A DNA stretch of 64,000 nucleotides, from positions 161,873 to 225,872 of the forward strand of contig CBFGTS010000007.1 of the NCBI GenBank assembly GCA_965652295.1, written 5' to 3'. Position 1 is the first letter of the stretch. The number at the start of each line of letters is the position of its first letter. Under the pieces are notes generated by a model. It searched no databases. It saw only the letters and a program-made list of their open reading frames with translations, and was not told the origin of the DNA. This document shows positions 24,787 through 33,970 of this stretch, in pieces. A program made the position numbers and the translations under genes. Origin of the DNA: an uncultured Haloferula sp. (GTDB lineage: Bacteria > Verrucomicrobiota > Verrucomicrobiia > Verrucomicrobiales > Akkermansiaceae).

Positions 24787-27700
24787 TCAGCTCGAGAGCT
24801 TGAGCATGTAGGCGAGGAGGTCTTTGAGTTCGTCGGGATTCAACCGGTTGATCAGGCCCGGGGGCATCGGCGAGGCGGGCGATCGTTCGCGCCGGATCAC
24901 ATCGGAGGTGAAGATCTCTGTCCGCACGGTGGGATCGAAGGCATTGGTGGAAACCGCGATGGTTTCCTGGGTTTCTTCGATGATCCGGGCGGTGAGCTGC
25001 GAACCGTTGCGGAGGCTGAACGTTTCCCAGGCATATTGGTCCGAGATGGTCTTGCCGGGTGTCACGATCGCGTCGGCGAGGTCGTAGAGGGAAAATCGTC
25101 CCCCTACGGCCGTGAGATCGGGACCGGCTGAGCCGCCACTGCCGTCGAATCGATGGCAGGCGGAGCAAAGCGCGGCCTGAAACATTTTCCCGCCAGCTTC
25201 CTTGCTACGGTTTTCGAGGCCGCTCTCCGCGAGTGCGACGATTTCGTCCACGGTCCACGATCGCCCGGGGCCTTGGACGGATGGAAGGTCGGCAAGGGGA
25301 TTCGACGTTCCTTTGCCGGCGTCGGCGTAGAGGCTTCTTTCCTCCGGGGTACAGGTGGCGAGGGTCTGTTCGCGGAGATCCTTGATGAAGCCGGCGTAGC
25401 TGCGTCCACCTTGGCGATTCAGCAGATCCTCGAACCAGCCGAAGACCCGGGCGCGTTCCTGCGGCGTCCATGGGCCGGGGACGACCCGCAGGCAGTAGAG
25501 GGCGTGAATGCGGTCGGCGGAGGGGAAACGGGCGATCATCGCCTCGATATCGGCACCGTATTGAGGGTTGCGGCGGGCAAGAGGGAGCCAGTCCGGTGGG
25601 GGTTGGGGTCCGAGGTTGTCGGCCCAGTCGAGCACTTTCCCCACGATGCGCGGTGCGTTCAGGTAGCAGAGCATCCGACAGAGTTCGCGGTCGACGGATT
25701 GCTCTCCCGTGGGAAACGCGGGGGAAATCCGGGAGATGAGAGCCTCGCGCAAGGGCTCGTCCGGCGGGTGGTGGCGGGCGAAGATGAGTCCGAAAGCCCG
25801 CAGCCAGTTGATGCGTGCCTGGGGTTCGAGCTTCGCAAAGTCGAGAGTCAGAAGCGCCGTGGAAGCGGTCGAGATCTCTTCTGCTTCGCCGGTCCGGGCG
25901 ACGCCGATCGCGGCGGAAATCACGGCCCACGGCTCCCGTTCGTTCTCAAGATGTCCGCTCCAATCCAAACCCTCTTCCATTTCCAGCCGGGTCCGTGCTT
26001 GGAAGCGTTCGATGCGATCGATCGAGCCGAGCTGTTTCCACGCCTCATCGATGGTGGGGGCGACAAGGTCACTGTCGACCAATGGTTTGAGGGGATCGGT
26101 GATCTCCGAGCCTTCGTAAGTGATCCTCCAAAGCGCGGAAGCGGCATTCCGGCCACCGGTCAGGAAATAGAGGGCACCATCGATTCCGACGACCGCATCG
26201 GTGAGAGGCATGCCGTTGCCCGTGAGGAACTCGATGCTGGAGGGTGGTTCACCCGGTTCGAAGAGAATCGCGTGGATGGTGGCGTAGGTCCAATCGAAGG
26301 CAAAGAGCGCCCGCTGATAGCGCGCGGGGAATCTCGTTCCACGGCCGGAGATCAGGGCGGTCGGGGAGCCCGGGCCGATATTGAGTAAGGGAGGAAGGGA
26401 GTCCTCGTAGGATTCCGGCCATTTGCCGGTGCCGTTTCTCCAGCCGAATTCCGCTCCGGGAATCACGCGGCAGATCCGGGTAGGTCGGTACCAAGGCATG
26501 CCGAAATCCCACTCCATATCGGCGTCGTAAGTGAAAAGATCTCCCACCAGGTTGAAGTCGATTCCGAAAGAATTCCGCAGGCCGATGGCGACCAGAGTCC
26601 ACTCGGAGCCGTCCGGGCGGAAGCGCGCGATCCAACCGCCGGGTGCCATGGTGTTGGCGGCGTGGCCGTTGGCGTCGGGGCGGCGGGGCAGCAATTGATC
26701 CTCCGCCCAGACCCGGGGCACCAGGGACCGGTCGAGATCGGGAAGAGGGCAGTGGTTTCCTGCAACCAGATAGATGAACTGGCCGTCCGGCGAGGGTTTC
26801 AAGGTGTGGAGCCCGTGCTCGCCGCCAGCGGGGATGGATCTAACCAGCTCGGGCTCGCCCGGAGTCGATTGACTCAAATCCACCCGCCACACGCCGTTTC
26901 CGCCTTCGGGCGATTCGGTCGACGAAATCCACAGCGTTCCCTTGTGCCAGAGGAGTCCTTGGGCGCTCTGGATCGGGATGCCGGTTTCGGAAATGATGAA
27001 TTCCCCCTCGCCGTCCTGGCTGACTTTCCAAATCCCGCCGTACTGGCGGGCGCAGTAGAGGTTGCCCTGATCGTCCCGGGTGATCGCTACCCACGATGCC
27101 ATTTCACCGGGCACATCGAAGATCTTTTCCAAGCGGAACCCATCCCGCAGGCCGGTCCCGGGCATTCCGGGCACCGGGACCATGGACGCTTCGTCCGGCG
27201 ACCGGGGCCATTCCTCCAGAGGGCGCACACGGATCTCCTTGAACTCGACCGTCATCGGTTGTCCGACGTGTAGCTGGAGGCCGAGGATGCCATCGAGCGG
27301 GCGTCTCGAATCCGCCTTGTCATGATACTCCGCGACGGTGACGCCGTTGATTTGATGTCGGTAGCGACGCCCCACGACCTGGATCCGGTAACGGTTCCAT
27401 TCGCCCAACCGGGGTGGTGGATCCGGCAGTGGGGAAAGCGTCTCCCTGCCTTTTCCGGCGGTGACTTTCTCTCCGTGCTTGCAGATGATGCCTTCGCCTC
27501 GCTCGTCGTAGAACATCGCGAGGTAGTCGGGTTGCGGGTGCAGGTCGCACTGCATGCCGCCGATGCCCCACGGGACGTCCTCGACCTTCCAACTGCGATA
27601 CTGGACGCCGGAATTCTCGCCAGTGACGCGGGCCATGAACTCCAGTTCGAAATCCCCCGGCAGATCGGCCCCGCAGAGAAGGTAGGAGTTCTGATCGATC

Positions 27701-27885
27701 TTCCGTTCGTTCGAATCCGTGCGGCCGGTCAGGACGCCATCCTCGACCGACCAAAGGCGTGGGTCGCCGGACCAGCCGTCGAGATCCCGGCCGTTGAAAA
27801 GGGATTGCCACCCGGCTGCGTCAGCACCGCGGACGGCACCGAGGATCAAGCCAAGGATACCGAAAGACAGCCTCAAACCATGCAT
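24787..27885 (-). CDS. PVC-type membrane-bound dehydrogenase-like haem protein (DUF1080 + beta-propeller + CxxCH)
   Basis: SLFNGRDLDGW/NSGVQYR/LQLH (DUF1080); GLRN, YDADMEWD; CSACH, GPDLT, SPMPPGL. Confidence 0.88.
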   Translation of the reverse strand: MHGLRLSFGILGLILGAVRGADAAGWQSLFNGRDLDGWSGDPRLWSVEDGVLTGRTDSNERKIDQNSYLLCGADLPGDFELEFMARVTGENSGVQYRSWKVEDVPWGIGGMQCDLHPQPDYLAMFYDERGEGIICKHGEKVTAGKGRETLSPLPDPPPRLGEWNRYRIQVVGRRYRHQINGVTVAEYHDKADSRRPLDGILGLQLHVGQPMTVEFKEIRVRPLEEWPRSPDEASMVPVPGMPGTGLRDGFRLEKIFDVPGEMASWVAITRDDQGNLYCARQYGGIWKVSQDGEGEFIISETGIPIQSAQGLLWHKGTLWISSTESPEGGNGVWRVDLSQSTPGEPELVRSIPAGGEHGLHTLKPSPDGQFIYLVAGNHCPLPDLDRSLVPRVWAEDQLLPRRPDANGHAANTMAPGGWIARFRPDGSEWTLVAIGLRNSFGIDFNLVGDLFTYDADMEWDFGMPWYRPTRICRVIPGAEFGWRNGTGKWPESYEDSLPPLLNIGPGSPTALISGRGTRFPARYQRALFAFDWTYATIHAILFEPGEPPSSIEFLTGNGMPLTDAVVGIDGALYFLTGGRNAASALWRITYEGSEITDPLKPLVDSDLVAPTIDEAWKQLGSIDRIERFQARTRLEMEEGLDWSGHLENEREPWAVISAAIGVARTGEAEEISTASTALLTLDFAKLEPQARINWLRAFGLIFARHHPPDEPLREALISRISPAFPTGEQSVDRELCRMLCYLNAPRIVGKVLDWADNLGPQPPPDWLPLARRNPQYGADIEAMIARFPSADRIHALYCLRVVPGPWTPQERARVFGWFEDLLNRQGGRSYAGFIKDLREQTLATCTPEERSLYADAGKGTSNPLADLPSVQGPGRSWTVDEIVALAESGLENRSKEAGGKMFQAALCSACHRFDGSGGSAGPDLTAVGGRFSLYDLADAIVTPGKTISDQYAWETFSLRNGSQLTARIIEETQETIAVSTNAFDPTVRTEIFTSDVIRRERSPASPMPPGLINRLNPDELKDLLAYMLKLSS

Positions 27886-27933
27886 GGAGGCCGCCTACGT
27901 GAGACCGCGACCTGACCTTGCATGAGGTGCGGA

Positions 27934-28806
27934 TCAGTCGTCTTTCGGCTCCGGGTTCTTCCGATAGGCCTTCTGTTCCTTTTCCGTCCAACCGAAGGTC
28001 GCCAGCTCGGAGCGGTCGAGGTCTTTCAAATGAGGATCATTTGAGCGCGAAGGGGCGTCGGCGCGCACGTAGCGCCATTTGCGGTCGCCGAAAACCTCGC
28101 GGCACAGGTCGGCGACGGCGGGATCGTAGGCGATGAGTTCCTCGCGGGTGTTCACGTGGTTGTGAAGGGCGTCGTTCTCACGATTGGTGTCGAACCAGGA
28201 TTGCACGGCCTCGGCCCAATATTCGTGACGGTTCTCCGCGGCGTAGAGCCCTTTCCACAAGCCCTTCTCCATCGCGGCGCGATAGGTGGCCTCAAGACGT
28301 CCGTCGAAAGTGGGATCGACGATATCCAGTCCCATCTGGTGGATGGCGTGGGCGAACTCGTGGATCATGATGGACTCCGTCGGGTAGGGATCGCCGGGAT
28401 TGTGGAGCAGGTTTTCCTCACCACAGGAAACGCACGGCCTGGAAGGGCTGGCTCCAAGCCCCCGGGCGCGGACATTCCAATAGGCGGAGGGTTTCAGGTC
28501 GGAGTGCTCCGGCAGGTCGCAGGTCCGTTCACTGACGGCCATGATCCCCAGCCGCACCTTGTTCTTTGCCAGGGCGGCGAGGATGTCGCTGCGGTCGTGG
28601 AGCATGGCGCGCACGTTGTGGGCGGCCTCCTCCAGCGCGGCATCGGGCACTTTCCGGGAGGCGACGATCGGGAAGTCCTCGACCAGCACGACCTTGCGGT
28701 AATGGGTGTCGAGGTCGAATTCCTTCCGCAGGGATTGCGAGGGCTTGGTCACCTGAGCTGATGCCACGGCGAGTAAGCAGACGGAAAGGAAAGCGAAGCG
28801 GAGCAT
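27934..28806 (-). CDS. Secreted zinc-dependent metalloprotease-like protein (HExxH)
   Basis: Signal peptide; IHEFAHAIH and EYWAEAVQSWF motifs. Confidence 0.8.
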   Translation of the reverse strand: MLRFAFLSVCLLAVASAQVTKPSQSLRKEFDLDTHYRKVVLVEDFPIVASRKVPDAALEEAAHNVRAMLHDRSDILAALAKNKVRLGIMAVSERTCDLPEHSDLKPSAYWNVRARGLGASPSRPCVSCGEENLLHNPGDPYPTESIMIHEFAHAIHQMGLDIVDPTFDGRLEATYRAAMEKGLWKGLYAAENRHEYWAEAVQSWFDTNRENDALHNHVNTREELIAYDPAVADLCREVFGDRKWRYVRADAPSRSNDPHLKDLDRSELATFGWTEKEQKAYRKNPEPKDD

Positions 28807-28865
28807 GGGTCCACCCTAGCGGGCGAGGGATGCGCCCCGGAAGCTCCATTTGCTGGGGGCTTCCG

Positions 28866-29060
28866 CAGGGCTCCTACATTAGGGAGCGAGCCGGGCCCTG
28901 CTTGGAACAACATGGTTTTCGGGACCAGGATGGATGGGATGAATAGGATGGAAATGCAGGGAACCCGCATCCGGCAGTCTCAAAATATCCCATCCATCCT
29001 ATCCATCCTGGTCCACCAACAGCCAGTGGTTCTCGTTTTCTCCCTAACGTAGGAGCCCTG
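28866..29060. mobile_element. 195-bp MITE with 21-bp terminal inverted repeats and 10-bp target-site duplication
   Basis: CAGGGCTCCTACATTAGGGAG / CTCCCTAACGTAGGAGCCCTG (1 mismatch); GGGGCTTCCG at 28856-28865 and 29061-29070. Confidence 0.85.
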
Positions 29061-29086
29061 GGGGCTTCCGGAAACGGGGAGGCGGG

Positions 29087-30214
29087 TCAGCGCTCGAACT
29101 TCTGGACCTCGTCAGGGCCGGGCGAGGCATAGGCGGGGTCGAGGGCGCGGATGAAAACATCACCGTCGTCCTGCGTGCACACCTCGATGGGAACGATGGT
29201 GGTGCCTCGGGCATTGATCGTTTGAGCTTCGTCGGAGAGATCGCGGGTCTCGATGCCCTCACGCGCGAGTGGAGGCACGTTGGCGTTGAAGAACGCGGTG
29301 CACCACCATTTGCCGTCGCGTGTCCGGAACGGCGTGCCGTGGCCGAGGAAGCGGCCGGCGAATTTCCGCGGTCCGTAGGGCCCGGTGATGTTACGGGAGG
29401 TGCAGTAGTAGAGATTGTAGGAGCCCTTGCGAAGGCGGTCGGTCGACCACGCGGTGCCGAAATGGACGTAGCGGTCGGCCACCTTGATCATCGTTGCGCC
29501 CTCGTGGCCGATTCGCGAGATGGGCTCGCCTCCGGGACCGGGCCGCGTGCCGGCGGGGTCGATCCTGACCGCCTTGGCGGTGAAGCGCGTGAGGTCGTCC
29601 GACAAGGGGGCGATGAGGGTGTTGCTCCACAGCATCCACCATCGACCGTCATCGAAGAAGAGGGAGGGATCGTGCTTTCGTCCGAGGCGTGGACCCATCG
29701 GGTGGGTCCACGGGCCGTGAAGGTCAGGTCCGTCCGATAGCGCGAAGTTCGCCGTGGCTTCAGGGCAATGCACGAGAGCCCAGCGTTTCATGGACGGCAA
29801 CCAGTGGAGCTCCGGAGCCCAGACGAGATTGCCGGGCTTTTCGTGCCAGCTGTCGTTCATCGTGAATGGCGTGCCGAGATACTCCCAGTCGATCAGATCC
29901 TTGCTTTTCCAGATCTGAACGACGTCGCCGACGATCGATCCGTTGCCGAGTCCTATGTTATAGGGGTCGCTCTTTTGCCGTGGGTCCTGAGGACGCGGAG
30001 TCGTGCCGGTGAGATAGTAGATATCGTCCGGGCCGAGCGTGATATAGGGGTCCCGGATCCAGCCTTCCTTGATGAAGAGGGCCCGGTCGCGGGATTCGAG
30101 TCCGGCTTCGATCTGCTCCCGGGGCATGGCTTTGGCTGGTGCCGGAGCGGCATCTTCCGCGAAGGCGGAAATCACGGTGACAGCAAGAAGCGGCAGGGCT
30201 CGAAGAGGGTTCAT
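29087..30214 (-). CDS. Glycoside hydrolase family 43 protein
   Basis: Signal peptide; IRDPYI, WAPELHW, HDPSLFFD, HEGATM, GHG motifs. Confidence 0.88.
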   Translation of the reverse strand: MNPLRALPLLAVTVISAFAEDAAPAPAKAMPREQIEAGLESRDRALFIKEGWIRDPYITLGPDDIYYLTGTTPRPQDPRQKSDPYNIGLGNGSIVGDVVQIWKSKDLIDWEYLGTPFTMNDSWHEKPGNLVWAPELHWLPSMKRWALVHCPEATANFALSDGPDLHGPWTHPMGPRLGRKHDPSLFFDDGRWWMLWSNTLIAPLSDDLTRFTAKAVRIDPAGTRPGPGGEPISRIGHEGATMIKVADRYVHFGTAWSTDRLRKGSYNLYYCTSRNITGPYGPRKFAGRFLGHGTPFRTRDGKWWCTAFFNANVPPLAREGIETRDLSDEAQTINARGTTIVPIEVCTQDDGDVFIRALDPAYASPGPDEVQKFER

Positions 30215-30237
30215 GAGATGAGGATGGAGGATGGAAA

Positions 30238-31845
30238 TCATCTGCCGTCTCCCGGCTTGGGATAGACATGAACGTGTTCGGACCACTCGCGCCAGGCTCG
30301 GGACATTTGCCCGACCCTGTCCGGCATGTCTTTGGCGAGGTTGTGCATCTCGGTGCCGTCCGCGGTCATGTGGTAGAGCTCCCATCGTTTGGGCTTGGGG
30401 CCCCTGGGGGGTGCCACGTTGCGTCCTACGAGTTTCCATTCCCCGTCGCGGACGAAGGCGTGGTTTTCATGCTCGATGAAGATCGGCTTCTGACGACCGA
30501 GCGGCTTGCCGGCGAAGGCGGGGGCGAGCGAGACGCCGTCGATGGGCAGGATCTCATGCCCACCGTGGGTTTTCGGATAGGTGGCGCCGGAGAGATCGAC
30601 AAGGGTGGCCATGACGTCGATCAGCTGCGCGGGCTGGCGATACCATTGACCTCTGGAAGCGATACCGGCCGGCCAATGAGCGATGAAAGGCGTGTTCGAG
30701 CCGCCTTCATGAGCGAAGTGCTTGTAGAGTCGGTAGGGCGTTGCCGAAGCGTTGGCCCAGACTTTGCCATAGCTCGGCCGGATGAGATCGGTCTCCGGCG
30801 CACGATCGGTCCGCGGATCGCCCAACCCGAGCACCGATCCCTCGGCGCAGGCCCCGTTGTCGGAAAGGAACAGGATAAGCGTGTTCTCGTAGTCCCCGGT
30901 TCCCTTGAGAGTGGTGAGGAGGTCGCCGATCTTTTGGTCGATGCGGTCGATCATCGCGGCATAGGCCTCCATGCGGGCGGAACATTCCTTCTGTTGTTCC
31001 GGTTTGAGTGAGGCCCACGCGGGGACGTCAGGATCCCGCGGTGAGAGCTTCCACGAAGCGGGAATCAACCCGGATTTCTGCTGACGGGCGAAGCGCTGTT
31101 CGCGAAGGGCGTCCCAGCCCGTGGCATACCTTCCGGCGTATTTCTCCAGCTCCTCATCGTGCGCGTGGTGCGGCCAGTGGGGTGCGGTGAAGGCGAGATA
31201 GAGGAAATAGGGGGCGTCCTTCGAGTCTCCGCTTTCATGATCACGGATGAAGCGGATGGCGTGGTCGGCGAAGGCGTCGGTGCTGTAAAACGGGCGGTTG
31301 GTCGTGCTTTGAGGTTCGGGATCGGGCTCGTTTCCGTCATGCATGATCCGCCAGCCGTAGGGGTGGAAGTGATGAGCGGCACCGGCGATGCAGCCGTAAT
31401 AGCGGTCGAAGCCCCGTTGCAGCGGCCAGTCCGCCTGATCCTTTCCTGCGAGATGCCACTTCCCCGTCATGAACGTGGCATAGCCGGCCGACCTGGCGAC
31501 TTCGGCGAGCGTGACGCATGAGTCGTTGAGGTTGCCGGCATAGGCGGGGGGCACCGCGGAGTTCTTGCGCGCGTTCTCACCGGTCATGTGACCGATTCCC
31601 ACCTGGTGTGGATGGAGGCCGGTCAGCAGGGTGGCGCGGGTGGGGCAGCAGCGGGCGGAGTTGTAGAACTGGGTGAAACGAAGTCCGGTGGAGGCCAGCG
31701 AATCGATGTTCGGGGTTTCGATTTCCCCGCCGTAGCAACCGATGTCGGAGTAGCCCATGTCGTCGACCATGATCAGGATCACGTTCGGCTTCGGAGCAGC
31801 GTGGAGGATGCCACAAAAAGCAGCGAGGGTGAGAAAGGATCGCAT
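30238..31845 (-). CDS. Arylsulfatase (formylglycine-dependent)
   Basis: PNVILIMVDDMG, CCPTRATLLTG, GKWHL, SDNG. Confidence 0.95.
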   Translation of the reverse strand: MRSFLTLAAFCGILHAAPKPNVILIMVDDMGYSDIGCYGGEIETPNIDSLASTGLRFTQFYNSARCCPTRATLLTGLHPHQVGIGHMTGENARKNSAVPPAYAGNLNDSCVTLAEVARSAGYATFMTGKWHLAGKDQADWPLQRGFDRYYGCIAGAAHHFHPYGWRIMHDGNEPDPEPQSTTNRPFYSTDAFADHAIRFIRDHESGDSKDAPYFLYLAFTAPHWPHHAHDEELEKYAGRYATGWDALREQRFARQQKSGLIPASWKLSPRDPDVPAWASLKPEQQKECSARMEAYAAMIDRIDQKIGDLLTTLKGTGDYENTLILFLSDNGACAEGSVLGLGDPRTDRAPETDLIRPSYGKVWANASATPYRLYKHFAHEGGSNTPFIAHWPAGIASRGQWYRQPAQLIDVMATLVDLSGATYPKTHGGHEILPIDGVSLAPAFAGKPLGRQKPIFIEHENHAFVRDGEWKLVGRNVAPPRGPKPKRWELYHMTADGTEMHNLAKDMPDRVGQMSRAWREWSEHVHVYPKPGDGR

Positions 31846-31953
31846 GGGTGGGTTTTGGGACGGTGATGCGGAGTGGGCGAAAGAATGATTTCGCCCACGA
31901 TGGAAACGTTCGCCCCAAGTGGGATTTTGCGGATGTCCGGTGGACCTCGCGAA

Positions 31954-33345
31954 TCAGTCTTCCGCGGTGATCACGCGGATTTCGTCGACCGACTCGCCGG
32001 CCCAGAAGATGACGGAGACGGTGCGCCGGTCGGGCGAGAGGCGGACGCCGTCGGTGGGATGGGGCGGTTGACTCCCTTCGAGCCCGCGCAGTGCAAAATC
32101 CTCCTTGGTCGCGGGAAGGGGGGCGGCGGAAGCGTAGGAGTCGGACATGTTGAGCCGAACGGGATCAGTGATGATCGCCAGGACCGGGCGGTCGAAGGTG
32201 ACCGAGCCTTCGAAGCGCTTGAAGTCACCGACATCGACGATTCCGACGGGGTTGTAGCGCAGCAGATAGCTGCGGCCGTGCCGTGGTTCGGAGGAGATGA
32301 GCGGGCGGTTTCCGCGGACGATGGCTCCTTCGTAAACTCCGGGTTCGATGATATCGGCCCGGATTTCACGGGGCAGCTCGAGATTTCTCAGCTCGGGAAC
32401 GACGATGATGTGGTCGTCATCTTCGTGTGCCGCGACGAGTTCCGGGGTATTCGGCGGGGCGGGGATGACTTCGCCGTGGGTTTGCTCGATGCCGGAAGCC
32501 AGCGGCCAGGTGCGGGAGAAGGCCGAAGGCTCGAAATCGAGCGATTCGAGATTCTGGCTGGAGGAGGCCCGCACGGCTTCTCCCATGGGGACGGTCCGCT
32601 GCGAACCTTGATTGGAGACTTCCACTTCACCCTCCAGAACCATGAAGTCCGAAGTGCCATCCCGGCCGACGGAGACGCCGAAGGAAGTTCCGAGGTCGGT
32701 CAGCCGGGCGGTGCGGGTGTGGACGCGGAACCCGTGGGCGGATTCCGGGCACCAGGCGTTGAGGTTGCCGTGGTGAAGATCGATCTCGTCGGCCGAGTTG
32801 ACGGTGAAGCTGGCCGGCGAAGCCACCGCCACGATGGCACCGTTCTGGAATTCGAGCCGCATCCGGCCGGATTTCAGGTCGATCTCCCTGCCGGGGAGGA
32901 TCGGTTCGGTATGAGAGGCCGCCCCGCCATCCGGCAGCGAGGTGGCCAGAGCCACCGGTGCTTGCTGGTCTCCGGCCGCCGGACGGTTCAGGAAAAGCGG
33001 AAGCGCGGCAAGGCCGAGGCAAGCGGCGAGGGCGGCGGAGGCGATCCCGAGCTTTCTCCGTCGCGCCTGGCGGATGCGTCCTGCTACTTTTTCGGGAAAC
33101 GCTTCGGCGTTTTCATCCCCGACGAGGTGAAGGTGGGAACTCATCGCGGCGACGAAGTTCCGGTCGCCTCCCTCGGGCCGCAGCGATGAGACCGCCTCCG
33201 TCAACGCGAGCTGTCGGCGGGTTTCCTCAAGCAGGCGCGGATCGTTGCGGAGAAGCTCGATGAGTTCCGCCCGGCCATTCGCATCCAGCTCGCCGTCCAG
33301 GAGCTCGGACAGCAGATCGTCGAAGAGGGGATTGTGAGTGCTCAT
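31954..33345 (-). CDS. FecR-like anti-sigma factor
   Basis: N-terminal helical domain, single TM, GFRVHT...DLGTSFGV...VLEGEV. Confidence 0.85.
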   Translation of the reverse strand: MSTHNPLFDDLLSELLDGELDANGRAELIELLRNDPRLLEETRRQLALTEAVSSLRPEGGDRNFVAAMSSHLHLVGDENAEAFPEKVAGRIRQARRRKLGIASAALAACLGLAALPLFLNRPAAGDQQAPVALATSLPDGGAASHTEPILPGREIDLKSGRMRLEFQNGAIVAVASPASFTVNSADEIDLHHGNLNAWCPESAHGFRVHTRTARLTDLGTSFGVSVGRDGTSDFMVLEGEVEVSNQGSQRTVPMGEAVRASSSQNLESLDFEPSAFSRTWPLASGIEQTHGEVIPAPPNTPELVAAHEDDDHIIVVPELRNLELPREIRADIIEPGVYEGAIVRGNRPLISSEPRHGRSYLLRYNPVGIVDVGDFKRFEGSVTFDRPVLAIITDPVRLNMSDSYASAAPLPATKEDFALRGLEGSQPPHPTDGVRLSPDRRTVSVIFWAGESVDEIRVITAED

Positions 33346-33358
33346 GACGTGTGGACGG

Positions 33359-33904
33359 TCAGGGGGTCGACTCAACCTGATGGGCGGCAAGGCACTCCGC
33401 CAGCGTTTGTCGGGCGTTGAAAAGCACTTTCCGCACCGCCACCGAACTCATCGAAAGCTCCGAGCCGATCTCGGTCGCATTCCTGTCCCGGAAATAGCGG
33501 GCTTCGACGACTCTTCGCGAGCGGACGGTGAGGCGATCGAGGCAGGTGCGCAGCGCCTCGTGCCGGATTTCCGTATCCTGGATCTGGCCCGGCTCGGGAT
33601 GGCTCGGGGTGGCGTCGAGCAGGAGCGTGGTGAGGTTCTCATCGATCAGGCGCTGGCGGCGTCCGCTCTTGGTGAGTTCGTTCATCACGAGGTTTCTCGC
33701 GATGCGCCGCAGCCACGGCCCGGCGTTCTCGGGATTGTCCAGCTCGTCCCACTTCCGGTAGGCGACGAGGAAGGCCTCCTGCGCGAGGTCATCCACCCAC
33801 GCTGCGTTGACGCCGAGCGAGCGGATGAAATACCGGAGGCTGACGTGGTGGCCCCGGACGGCGGCGTCGAGTTCGCGGAGTCGATGGGTTCTTTCGGATT
33901 TCAC
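33359..33904 (-). CDS. ECF sigma-70 factor
   Basis: DDLAQEAFL, WLRRIARN, region 4 ALRTCLDRL...RQTLAECL. Confidence 0.92.
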   Translation of the reverse strand: MKSERTHRLRELDAAVRGHHVSLRYFIRSLGVNAAWVDDLAQEAFLVAYRKWDELDNPENAGPWLRRIARNLVMNELTKSGRRQRLIDENLTTLLLDATPSHPEPGQIQDTEIRHEALRTCLDRLTVRSRRVVEARYFRDRNATEIGSELSMSSVAVRKVLFNARQTLAECLAAHQVESTP

Positions 33905-33970
33905 GGGCTGGTCCAGGGGGTTCTCTCAAATTTCGGCGGATTCCGGCAGCCCGGAAATACCCCGCTTGTG

